From Eledone cirrhosa (Eukaryota): a stretch of 64,000 nucleotides of DNA. Positions 48,500 to 64,000 of the stretch are shown here, piece by piece (position 1 is the stretch's first letter; every line of letters starts with the position of its first letter). The notes below the pieces were generated by a model. That model was not told the origin of the DNA. It did not search any database and saw only the letters and a list, made by a program, of their open reading frames with translations. The stretch covers positions 197,656,001 to 197,720,000 of the forward strand of contig OZ024743.1 in the NCBI GenBank assembly GCA_964016885.1, in the 5' to 3' direction. The position numbers were made by a program, and so were the translations under genes.

Positions 48500-49331
48500 A
48501 TTAATATATGGAGAAGAAGTTTATGAAATGGAAATGCGGGTATACAGAATTTATTAGGTAATAATTGTTTCTATAGTGTATGGGTTACCTATACCTCGCT
48601 ATTTGAATAATATAAAAATATTATCATAAACCGAAGGTACACTGTAAGCAAACACACCATGTCGTCAGACCTTTGTATTGGAATGATATGAAAATATTTT
48701 ATACACTAGATAAAATAGAAAGAAGGAGGTAGGAAGAGAAGGGGAAGAGGGAAGTGAGTAAGGTGGAGGGAGTCCTAGGATTTAAGACTGCCAGACTAGT
48801 AGAGATTGTAAGGAGAGAATGTTTTGGCAGCAGTTAGCTTAATGAGGCGTGTTAGGGTTGGCGGGGGAAGTAAATTCTTCTAGTGGTGTTGTTCGGACAA
48901 AATTTAGTTAAAGGGGTCAAAGTTGTACAGAGTCACAGACAAGTTATTGGGGCTATTATAGTAGCAGGTTATTTCTAAAGGGGTCCAGAAAACAGTGTTT
49001 AGTACTATTATTATAGAAAGCCATATCTTGTGTATAAACATATAAAACAGAAATTTGCAAACGGTGGTGTAAAAAGGTAACATTATATGCATTTAAAAAA
49101 AGAAAAAGTCGTTTTCAAACGATGGTTACAGTATAGAGAACGTTCAATTTTGCTGTTCAAAAGTTTGTTTTCCGACGTTAAAATGCAGTATATCTCCAAA
49201 TTGCATAACTTGCAGAATCGATGATTTTGGTGTATGCAGGCGCAGCTGAATAATTTGCCAATCAAGGGAGAATGCTTGATTGTTCCTCCGGAGCTGCCAG
49301 GCTTTATCGGCGAGGGTTGTTACGGAGCGCA

Positions 49332-49335
<4 letters not shown>
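48500..49335 (-). pseudogene. Decayed PLE 3' fragment (GIY-YIG C-terminus and UTR)
   Basis: TTLADKAWQLRRNNQAFSLDWQII and CKLCNLE...LLNSKIE resemble 45370-45822. Flanked by (TA)n. Confidence 0.7.
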
Positions 49336-49369
<34 letters not shown>

Positions 49370-49749
49370 TTATTGTTATTATCTGTTTTTGCCTTTTATT
49401 AACTTTCTGAGTAATTTTGTTTTACTGCTTTTAATATAACATTTATATTTTTTGTAATAAAATTCTAACTTTAACTGCTATATGGTTCTAAGTATAACAA
49501 TAATGTTAATGTTAGGAATCAGAGGAATATTTCCAGAAATCAGTAGACAACTGGAACATGACACTTATACATATACAGAAGTACATATGCTAAAATGATG
49601 TGAAATACTTGCAACAAATCAATATCAATATATGTGAATATGTATAAATGTATGGCCGCATAAATCTTGACAGAATTGTATTCAGTAATCAGAAGATTGG
49701 AGGTAGGTGTAAAAGCCAAACAATTCAGTATTCGTACCAACCCTTACAT

Positions 49750-50152
49750 ATGGTCAGGAATCTTTGGTAATGACCGAAAGAATACGATCGTGAATACAAG
49801 CAGTCGAAATGGGGTTCCTCTGAACAGTCATTGGAGTAGCGTAACTCGATAGCTTGCGTAGTTCGGAGATAAGAGAGTCACACCAGGTAGAACCGCTATT
49901 TCGGGAAAATCCAACCGGCAGGAGACCAGGAGACTCCGAGCAAGATGGTTGGATAACATCCATGAGCTTGGCTGGTCTCGCTTGGGGATCCAGACTGATC
50001 TGTTGGAGATGGTTGTCTGACATAACCTGCTGGAAGGAGTGCATGAGGATTCTGCCACCGCGGCTCTCTCAGGAATAAGTGGGTGAAGAAGAAGAAGAAG
50101 AAGAAGAAGAAGAAGAAGAAGAAGGAGGAGGGGGAGGAGGGGGAGGGGGAGG

Positions 50153-50183
<31 letters not shown>

Positions 50184-50308
50184 GAAGAAGAAGAAGAAGA
50201 AGGAGGAGGAGAAGAAGAAGAAGAAGGAGAAGGAGAAGAAGAAGAAGAAGAAGAAAGGAGAAGGAGAAGAAGAAGAAGAAGAAGAAGAGAAAGAAGAAGA
50301 AGAAGAAG

Positions 50309-50340
<32 letters not shown>
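49750..50340 (+). mobile_element. Old RTE/Expander-like 3' end with (GAA)n-rich tail
   Basis: PTGRRPG... remnant and a ctgccaccgcg...ataagtgg terminus directly followed by (GAA)n. Confidence 0.55.
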
Positions 50341-51724
50341 TGAATGAATGACCTTCAGCCATGTTTTATCATACAATGCTCTGACGTAGCCGATATTTAT
50401 TCATTGCCATTGTCCATACATTCCTGGTCACTAATCACAATCTTTGTCAGGTACATAGGCAACTATTTGTTGTGTTTTTATAGGATCATGTTTTCAGAGA
50501 CCAGGAGCAGTCAGTTTCTACAAATTCGTCTTCAATATTTGGGTTCTCCGGTTAACATTATCGATGAATTGCTTAATTCGAATAATATCGATACCAGACT
50601 TCACAACTGATTCAATATCTTTAGTGGTAACCAGCATTCCATCGTTAATTTCGTCCACAATTTTATGTATTTTGAATTCAGGTAGAATATGAGTTTTACG
50701 ACTTTCGCCAAAATCCTAATCAATCGCGATTGGCAGTATTTATAATGTATCAACATTTTCGTGTTGCTTCGAATTTTGTGATCGGTGATTAATTCAAAAT
50801 GTCATCCATATAGGAATTGATTAAATTTATAGAGACAAAACATTATATATAACTCCTCTTTATCTATTCCTGAATATCACCGTTTATGTTCATTCGATTT
50901 ATTAGGTATGGGAAACTGTGGACAGAACTGTTCAGTCATTGAGTGGCGATGCATTTGTTATAATAAAAATATTAATGACAAATTTTCATTTTAATACATA
51001 ATTGTATCAATTTATCAAAACTGTTGTTAGTCATCTGGCCAATTTAATAGAAAAATAAAAAAAAAATAGAAAAGAATGAAATGAAATTTCACATACTTAC
51101 ATGAAAAAAATAGATTGAGAAGAAAGAATGGAATGAAAAATATGAAAATATTAAAAAAAAAACAGAAAAGGAAGAGAAAGGCAAGGGCTCTAGTGTCACA
51201 GAAGAATAGGGAGAGGGGAGGGGGGATTGAGTTCTGGGCCTCGGGCGCGGCGGTAATAGGGCTGCACTCTGCGGACAGGACCCCAAAAGCATTCTCGCAT
51301 GGCATTTTTGTCATTAGACTATATAACAGTAAAGTTTGCCGTGTACGCATATTTAACTTTCAAATAGAATGCGTATATTAGAATAGAAAATCTTTTAACA
51401 GCATCGCTATATTTTCCAGATTATATTCTGTTAGAGACGCTGATAGTATAGTCAGGATAATTGACTTCTTGCAGATAAAATGCTAATTGTCTTTGATAAC
51501 TTATACGATTAAATGTAACAGATTAAATATTATTTCTCAACTAACATAATACAAGTCTGTATAGTAAAAATATATTTAATTAAAGAATTTCTTGATTACA
51601 ACATTCTATGTAAATATGCTTGAAAATTTGAGTTTTCTGTGACTTCAGTAATTTTCAGTCTAGAACAGAAACGATACACTAACGACTCTGAAATGTTCTG
51701 ACAATGTATGCATAGTATAAGAGG

Positions 51725-51930
51725 TACACGATGATAGCATCCACGCGTTCGAATATAGCCATCAGAAAACCAAGCATATCGTCACAGATGTTATATAGCG
51801 ACTCTTTAAATGGTTTCCAGTTGTTTTAACATTCCATCACATTGCTGGACACTTTGGCCTTTGATAGTAGGGTCTGTCAGATAGATAACATCCAGCTTCT
51901 TCGGAAGTGTGACACACTTGCACCTAATTC
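51725..51930 (-). pseudogene. Old RTE remnant (internal ORF piece joined to 3' tail)
   Basis: LPKKLDV and WKPFKESLYNICDDMLG resemble LPKRLNA and WPTLKKSVYDVGRRVLG, followed by a tail-like atggctatattcgaacgcgtggatgctatcat. Confidence 0.5.
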
Positions 51931-52006
51931 TTGGCTTTATTACAAATCTACCCTTAAACCTTAACAGAAAGATATACCGTATAAATTATTCCCTTTCAAC
52001 AATATA

Positions 52007-52091
<85 letters not shown>

Positions 52092-52413
52092 AACGTAGAG
52101 AAGTGACACATGAGTTGATACATATAAAAAAATAGTAAAAAAGAAAAAAACAGTTGAGAATGCTAAAGGGATTTTCTCTCAGAATAACATCAAAACATTT
52201 ATTTACAAAATAGGAAATTACGCATTATTTGTACCGGTTTCAGCTAATAGGCTCTTTCACACGACGGAAGTGCAATTAAATTGCATATTAATAAGAAGAA
52301 TCAGAATATGGGAAAAATTGTTTTTACATACATATATAAAGAGAAAAGTTCACATTTTTGTCTTTAGTTTTTTTCTTTCTGTCTTAGTGTTGACCTTAGC
52401 TGTGTCACCATGT

Positions 52414-52541
<128 letters not shown>

Positions 52542-52563
52542 ATATATATATATATATATATAC

Positions 52564-52608
<45 letters not shown>

Positions 52609-52612
52609 TATA

Positions 52613-56382
<3,770 letters not shown>

Positions 56383-56477
56383 TCATATTTGTGTCTCTAG
56401 TTTTTTTCACGTTTTGTTCACATTTTTGTCTCTAGTTTTTTTCTTTCTATCTTAGTGTTGACCTTAGCTGTGTCACC

Positions 56478-56652
<175 letters not shown>

Positions 56653-56659
56653 TATATAG

Positions 56660-59600
56660 TAAAAAATTGAACGGGAACAAAACAGGGAGGCAGTACGAAC
56701 AAAGGTTTATTAGTTTCACGCTCTTGAGAGTGGGGTGGTGGTGGGGAACGACGTTTCGGGCATAAGCCCTTCTTCAGGTGAAAAGTGTGTGGGAAGAAAG
56801 TTCCATGGGTGTGTTGGGGAGTGGTGGAGAGACATATAGAAAAGAGGGGGTGAGAGGAAACGGTACAAATGAAATTAAATATAAAGGCATGTTAAAAATA
56901 AAAATAATAATAATACACATGAAGTAAAACAGGTGGTGGAAGGGTGTGGGGCGTGTAGGGGTGGTGGCTGTTGGAGTGGGGAGAGGGAGACGGGGTGTCC
57001 GAGCGGCGAGGGCTGAAGGAGGTGTGTGTGTGTAGGTGTACGTGTGTGTGTGTGTATGTGAAAGTGAGAGTTGAGAAAGAACGGGGTTGCATGTTCAGGA
57101 AGAGGTGTGTGTGGGGTGGGGTGTAGGTCGGAGTGTGTGTGCGTGTGTGGATAGAGGGGTGGGGGGAGAGGATTCCGGAGGCTGAATGTGTAAATATGTG
57201 GTGGTACGCACGTGTGTGTGTGGTGTTTATGCGTGTTGTGGATGTAAGTGGCGTGTGGGGAAAAAAATCTTTTTGGGTGTATGTCCGTGGGTGAGTCGTT
57301 AAGGTAATTCCGTAGACGGTGTGGTGGAATGCTGAGTAATATCTTTGGGATGTGGTGGATTCTCGGGATCAAGGTTCACATATGTGTAATCCGTGAAGAG
57401 ATTGGTCGGAAGAGGGGAGATGTGAAGTGCGCGCGCAACAGGAAGTTGTCAGAGGGTCAAGGCAGGAGGAGGGTTGTGTGTCTGTGTGTGCGGGGAGGTG
57501 GTCAGAGAGGCATAGCAGCAGTAGGGTAGAATGGTAGGTGAAGAAAGTCGGTGTGTCAGTGTGTGCGGAGGTGCGGTGGACAGGGGAGAGGATGGGTAGG
57601 TGTGAAAGTTGGAGTGAGGAGGGGTGTGTGTGTATTATTAGAGGTGTTAGTGTGATGTGTGTGTGTGTTTGAGAAAGGGTGTGCGTGGAGCGGGGAGAGA
57701 AGGTTGTGGGGGCCGATGGAGGGTGTGTAGTGTACTGGTGTGTGTGTGCGTGTTTGGATGAGTGTGTGTGTGGTGAAGGGGGTGTTAGTGGGTGTTAGTA
57801 TACTGGAGGTGGAGAAAGGGTTGAATGCGGGTGTGAGTGGGGGTCAGTGGTGGTAGGGTGTGTAGCGTGGGTGGTGTAAGAGGGTGTGTGTGTTCGTGTG
57901 CGTAGGGTTGGGAGGTGTTAGTGATGTTAGTTGCGTGTAGAGTGGGTGGTGTAAGTGGGTGTGTGTGTTCGTGTGCGTGGGGTCGGGGGGTGTTAGTGAT
58001 GTTAGTTGTGGGGTGGTGGGGTGGTGGGGTGGATGTGTGGGGGTGAGGGTTAGTGGTGGTAGTAGGGTGTGTGTTTAGTGTGAGCGCGTGTATATATGTA
58101 CCGGTGGGTGTGTGCGTGTGATAAGGAGGGGGGAGAAGAAGGGGAGGGATGTTAGTATGTTAGTTGGGGAAGGGTGGTCGGGTGTGGGGTGGAGGTATTA
58201 GTATTGTTAGTTGTGGAGTGGGCGGTGAAAGGGAGGGGTGTGTTAGTGGTGTTAGTGGGGGATATGTGTGGGGGGAGGGGGCGGTCGAAGGCTAAAGGAA
58301 TAAGGGTGGGGAGTTCAGGCCGGGGGGAGTGTGGGTCTGTAGGGTGAAGATGGTTCGTTGTTCGACCCTGAGGAGAGTGGCGGGTGTTCCGTGTCATTGG
58401 AGTAGGCCACAGACTGTGAGGTGGTGTGCGGAATGTCCAGGGGCACCAAAGTGGCGGGCCATGGGGGAACTACCACCGAGACGAATATCCCGGAGGTGTT
58501 CAGTAAACCTGCCCGCCAGGCGACGTCCAGTCTAGGTTGGAGGGTAGGGAGCTGTGGACGAGGAGGGTGCGGAGATTGCGTGCGCGTTTGAAGGAGGGGA
58601 GTGGTGGGGCTGGGAAGATGCGAGAGGTGGAGGGGTCGGACTGGAGGCGTCGGAAGAGGCGGAGGATGGTGCGGTGGAGGGGTATGGTGGAGGGGTGGTA
58701 GGTGATGGGGAAGGGGAGACGGTGGGTGGATGTGCGGTGGCGTGTGGTGAGGGTGGTGGAGCGGTTGACAGCACGGGCGCGGGTGAGAGCGGTGTGGACG
58801 AGAGGGGGGGGGGGGGTAACCTGTGCAGATGAAATGGCTGACTAGGGAAAGGGCCTGGGACTCAAAGTCAGCATCTCGTCTACAGAGACGTCGGATCCTG
58901 AGGAGTTGGGAGTAGGGAATAGAGTGTTTAGTGTGTGTGGGGTGGGAAGAGGTGAAGTCGAGGTAGAAGTGGGAGTCGGTGGGTTTGAAGAAGGCGGAGG
59001 TGACGAGGGAGTGGTTGGAGGGGTCGAAGGCGACGGAGATGTCTAACAAGTGGACGTGGGTGGTGGAGACAGAGGTGGTGAAGTGGAGGGAGGGGTGGAA
59101 GGAGCAGAAGAAGGAGAGAAAGGAGTCGAGCTGTTCTCGGGTGAGGGTCGTGGCTCCGATACAGTCGTCAATGTAACGACCGGACAGTTCGAGTGTGGGG
59201 CCGGTGGACTGGGCAAGATTTGGGCCTCAACATGGCCAACAAAAAGGTTGGCATAGTTTGGGCCCATTCTTGTACCCATGGCTACCCCCGTGACCTGTTG
59301 GTAAAACTCACCCGAGAAGGAGAAACAGTTGAGGGTGATGACCAGCTCGGCGAGGCGAAGGAGGGTGGGGGTGGAGGGGATGGGGGAGGGGCGAAGGTCT
59401 AGGTAACGCTTGAGGGCACGTAGGCCGTCGGCGTGGGAGTATGACGGTATAGAGGGACTTGATGTCTAGGGTGAAGAGGAAGGGCTGTGGGCCGGGTGGG
59501 TAGGTGAAGGAGTCGAAAAGGCGCAGGGCGTGGTTGGTGTCGGAGATGTGGGAGGGGAGGGTGGTGACAATGGGGGCGAGGATGGAGTCAAGAGCAGAGA

Positions 59601-59790
59601 CGATAGGGCGGCCGGGGTTGTCGGGTCTGTGGAGTTTGGGGAGGAAGTAGATGGTGGGGGTGCGCGGGGTGCGGACGATGAGGTGGGAAGCGGTGGGGGG
59701 GGGGGGGAGACAAGGTGTTGGATGGTGGAGGAAACTTGTTGTTGGTAGAGGGGTGTGGGATCGGAGGGTAGAGGGGTGTATATTGTGTAT
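56660..59790 (-). mobile_element. Second PLE family, decayed, C-rich sense strand
   Basis: MGTRMGPNYANLFVG, LDISV, KPTDSHFYLDFTSSHP...SIPYSQLLRIRRLC. Long CA-rich 3' region. Flanked by (TA)n. Confidence 0.88.
56744..56782 (-). ncRNA. Minimal hammerhead ribozyme (PLE type)
   Basis: CTGAAGA-a-gggc(ttat)gccc-GAAACGTC. Stem I is weak. Confidence 0.7.
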
Positions 59791-59835
59791 ATATATATAT
59801 ATATATATACGGTGACACAGCTAAGGTCAACATTA

Positions 59836-59930
59836 GAGAATTGGATTCGCAATCCTGAGATTTTGAGTTCGATTCTCGGACTGGCCTATGCACTATGTCC
59901 TTGAGCAAGACACTTTATTTCACGTTGCTC
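59836..59930 (+). mobile_element. Fragment of a second tRNA-derived SINE family
   Basis: B-box gagttcgattc and gtccttgagcaagacact core-like motif. Confidence 0.6.
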
Positions 59931-60548
59931 CTTCTACCTGGAGCTGCGACCGATAGATAGTATTAGCAATTGGAAAGACCAACGGAAACATTGTTTCCTC
60001 GGTCCGATTTGACGAAAGTCGACCGACTGTCGATATATATATATATATATATATATGAATAATATATACATACATTGTTGGAGTTCAGTATGAAATTATT
60101 AACATGTTGATGATGTGATTACTTTAAAAGAAAGACATTCTATCAGACCCCATAAGATCGATACAAAGGATTTTATTTGGGATTATAATAAATTTATATG
60201 CAGAAAGCAAGCCAAAGTAATTTTAGAGCGTTAACAAAGAATTTGTTGTAATGTAGATATAGATATCTTTAGATAATTGCTGGAATTGGAATAGAAATAT
60301 TTCCCCCACTTCCAGTGATAAATACATCAGTTGTTTAGGACAATTGACATATCTTATTTAAAGTGGTTTCTTTATATTTTGGCACTAACCCCACTCCACG
60401 ACAACAACAACATAACTACCAAACGAAGTCTTGGTTATTAAACTACGAAAAGTTGCTTATAGAAAGAAACTAAGAATCGGTATGGGTACTAACATGCAAT
60501 ATACGACTTCAAAGAGTCGTATGCGAAGATATAGTGAAAATAATAACG

Positions 60549-61388
60549 ATAATTGTTTCTACTTTAGGCACAAGGCCAGCAATTACCCAGTGCATTACTG
60601 GTACTTTATTTTATCGACCTCGTGAGTATGAAAGGCAAAGTCAACCTCGGCGGGATTTGAACTCAGATCGTAAAGGGACGTAACTATGCTGGAAAGCATG
60701 GCGTCCGACCCTCTACCGATACTGCCAATCCACCGCCCTAAAGATAATGGTTTCTACTATAGACACAAGGCCAGCATTTTGAATGGGAGGGGGAAATCGA
60801 TTAAATCGACCCCAGTGTATTACTGGTGCTTTATTTATCGACCCCGTAAGTATGAAAGGTAAACTTAACCTCGGCAGGATTTGAACTCACAAAGTAAAGG
60901 GCCGTAACTCTGTGCTGTGAAGCATGGTGTCTGATACTATACCAATACTGTCAATCCACCACCCTAATATAGAGCGAACAATAATAATTGTTTCTACTTT
61001 TGGCACAAGGCCAGCAATTACCCAGTGCATTACTGATACTTTATTTTATCGACCTCGTAAGGATGAAAGGCAAAGTTAACCTCGGCAGGATTTGAACTCA
61101 GATCGTAAAGGGACGTAACTATGCTGGAAAGCATGTCTGACTCTCTACCGATACTGCCAATTCAAATAATAATGGTTTCTGAATTATGCACAAGGCCAAC
61201 AAATTCTAGGGAAAGGAAAAGTCGATTAAATTGACCCCAGTACTTTACTGGTACTTTATTTTATCGACCCTGTAAGGATGAAAGGCAAAGCTAACCTCGG
61301 CGGGATTTGCACTCGGAACGTAAGGGGACATAACTATATACCGCAACGCATGTTATTCAATGCTCTACCGATACAACCAATCCACCAC
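60549..61388 (-). mobile_element. Four tandem head-to-tail tRNA-SINE copies
   Basis: Units at about 60549-60740, 60743-60965, 60985-61162 and 61170-61388. Confidence 0.9.
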
Positions 61389-61469
61389 ACAGATGATGTT
61401 GATGATGATGATGATAAAAATAATCTCACCCATCAGTGGCTGTGGACAGCAATAACAATAAACAAGAAA

Positions 61470-62250
61470 ACTATAACAATACAAATTCCCCAATAGTGGA
61501 GAGACCCACCCAGAGACGACTCACCAACCCTGAACCATCCAACACTTCGAGAGTACCCAGGAAGGACACCCCTCTCCTCTTCAAATCAACGACTCTACAG
61601 GCGCACGCTCAGAGTAGGCCCATTCTCACGGGTCATTCTCGCCACATTTTCCCACCTTTTAGAAAATGTACTGGGGGCAACACTTCCCTCTCCACCCTCA
61701 ACTTCCTTTCCGAATGAAACTAGAAAAAGTTATTGAGGTAGTGGCCAAAGAGGAAAGTGTCTATATTCAGTCCCTTCAGCCCTGTCCACCACACAACCTC
61801 TTTCGCTACGGCCACCAGATAGAGGAAAGCTGCCTGCCCTTTTCGGCCAAAAGAAGGCGGCGGGGCGAACTTCACTGTGGACTCGGTTGATGGCTGGATC
61901 CGTTCCACACGCGATAACAGCTGTTCGACATAACTGTACAAGTTAGTAATGCACGGATACTTGGCTAATGCGTGCAGAACAGTTTCGTCGTACTGCGTGC
62001 ATCTTGAACAGGTGCGTCTGACCACATTTCCGTGTCTGTGGTGTTTTTTTTTTTTTTTTTTTTTACCGGCAGTGCTCCCGGTAGCGACACCACCAAGCGA
62101 GGGATTTCTGAAGGTTATCCATAGTCGCCGGCTCGAAAATCCTACGGAATAGACTGGTCAGTTCGATTTCGTCGACGCTCAGAGCCTCTCCAAGAGCGCC
62201 CTCGCATTTGCCCACCACTAATCCTCTATAGAACTCTAGAATGTGCACGC
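61470..62250 (-). pseudogene. Decayed Tx1-like 3' fragment
   Basis: MDNLQKSLAW, CSRC..DETVLHAL, KEVVWWT are homologous to the ORF2 ends in the array. Confidence 0.85.
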
Positions 62251-62254
62251 AGCA

Positions 62255-62597
62255 AGGCCTCCTTCGGTCAAGGCTGACCATGGGTACTATTCTGTTGTCA
62301 GCTCGCTGGTGCAGTGTCTCCGGTTGCTAAACAGGCCTATATGTGAGTGACAGTCTCTGAAACATAGAACACATCTGTATATGGTCTCTGGTCTGTTGGA
62401 TTTATTGCTTTCCTTTCGTCGCGCTCGCTTGTCCGCTGCTGCAGTCATCAGTAAGTAAGGTACTCAATACATTCCCTGATTTGAGGTGTCGATTCCGGGT
62501 CATCCGCCATCATGGCCGGTCAGCTGCAAGGCCCTTTCAGACCTCTGTGTTGATCTCAATGGCCTTCATATCTCCCTTCACAATGTCCTTGTATCGC
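62255..62597 (-). pseudogene. 3' fragment of another RTE/BovB-like family
   Basis: RYKDIVKGDMKA, AAADKRARRK, CVLCFRDCHSHIGLFS. The 5' end abuts a degenerate (TATG)n. Confidence 0.8.
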
Positions 62598-62904
62598 ATG
62601 CATACATATACACACACATACATATATGCATACATATATACATGCATACATATATACATACATATATACATGCATACATATATACATTATACATACATAT
62701 ATACATGCATACATATATACATACATATATGCATACATATATACATACATATATATATGCATACATATATATACATACATATATACATGTATACATATAT
62801 ACATACATATATGCATGCATACATATATACGAACATGCATACATAAAAAAGATAGATAGATATATTCATACATACATACATACATACATACATACATACA
62901 TACA

Positions 62905-62935
<31 letters not shown>

Positions 62936-63087
62936 TTAACAATTGCACAATTATTTTATTATTAATAATAATTATCTGAAACTTTGCATGAATATAAACA
63001 TTTTAAGCATAATAAAGATGCATTAATAAATATGTATGTATGTTTGTATGTATGTATGTGTATATATGTATGTATATATATGTATAT

Positions 63088-63693
63088 GTCAGGTCACCAG
63101 TTGGTGCTACTGGTAACATGTATCCCAGTACAACCTGTCTCATGGTCGGGTGGCGACTAAACTGGCAACCCCACTAAGGTTTCTTGGTGAGGAGGGTGAC
63201 TTTGGACATCCTGCAGGACTAAAAACAAAACCTGTCAAAGAGCAAAGGAGCTCTTAAGAGTCAATGGCCATCCAAAATCATCGGGAGAGATGACCCCTTA
63301 GCCTTTGTCAAGGCAGAATTCTAGGAGAAGGAAAACTCTGATATAACACCTGCAACTCTGATGGTATCCAATGATGTTGACTTGTTCTTCTTTTTGGTAA
63401 ATATCATCTTGGTTAAGAGAGTGGGACTGGCTTTGTGCAGTGCCTTTGCTCACTATAAAAGCTTCACGACACAAGCATTGCTTTATATCTGGAGATCTCT
63501 CTGCACTTGTCATCACAGGGTACAATGGGCCCAGCACTATCTGTCAATAATTGTCACAAGTGTAGTGTTTGTACCAGAGTTTTCAAGTCACTGGCTGGAC
63601 TAAAAAGTCACACCCGTTCAGCACATTGGTAGGGGTTCTCCTACATGGATATAAAGTAGTGGCCGTACTCGAAAACGAGTTGGCAGCCACCAT
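63088..63693 (+). mobile_element. Bipartite RTE derivative, family A copy 2; micro-ORF 63525-63632 intact
   Basis: Highly similar to 11801-12411 and preceded by (TATG)-like repeat. Confidence 0.88.
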
Positions 63694-63727
63694 ATGTATA
63701 CACACGCACGCGCACATAAATATATAT

Positions 63728-63784
<57 letters not shown>

Positions 63785-63791
63785 CACACCT

Positions 63792-63852
<61 letters not shown>

Positions 63853-63858
<6 letters not shown>

Positions 63859-64000
63859 ATATAGAAAAGGCTTCTACAGGACTTCCTGATGATTTCTCCC
63901 GAATGAAGCAGTTCTAGTCCCGTAGAAGCCTTTTCTATATTAAATATTTAAACTCTGCTTTGTATTGAGTACCTTACTTACTATGGTTACCTCCGATTGA
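63853..64000 (+). mobile_element. Fold-back mini PLE around a hammerhead, same family as 42256-42306
   Basis: Arms 63853-63883 and 63916-63947. cttc-CTGATGA...GAAG (mutated)...TA-gaag. Tail tattgagtacc. Confidence 0.7.

Noticed and set aside
48630-48672. aggt-CTGACGA...GTA-cct hammerhead on the minus strand
   Set aside because: GAAA is missing; at best a dead relic.
62410-62452. CTGATGA...CGAAA on the minus strand as a hammerhead
   Set aside because: No stem II or III pairing; it is RTE coding sequence (LMTAAADKRARRK).

Overview
Eukaryotic, AT-rich, microsatellite-saturated DNA. The SINE and repeat style suggests an octopod cephalopod (inference). It is made almost entirely of retroelements, with no confidently identified host gene and one plausible isolated exon at 41516-41673. 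Content: a near-intact RTE-clade LINE with three C-terminal C2H2 fingers (2448-5963, minus) and a 5'-truncated sister copy; five short non-autonomous 'bipartite' RTE derivatives, two of which keep an intact ATG-initiated 35-aa single zinc-finger ORF; an R4/Dong-like RLE retroelement stacked on a related 3' fragment; a head-to-tail array of Tx1-like LINEs punctuated by (TATC)n; two long and several tiny Penelope-like elements (PLEs) carrying minimal hammerhead ribozymes and inverted arms; tRNA-derived SINEs; and two hAT MITEs. Main patterns: (1) each retroelement class sits in its own microsatellite (RTE in TATG, R4-like in CATA, Tx1 in TATC, PLE in TA), building a roughly 24-kb continuous nest; (2) PLE fold-back junctions repeatedly coincide with hammerhead helices; (3) the RTE derivatives share a structured 5' leader with compensatory changes. 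All structures were folded by eye, and element boundaries inside microsatellites are approximate.
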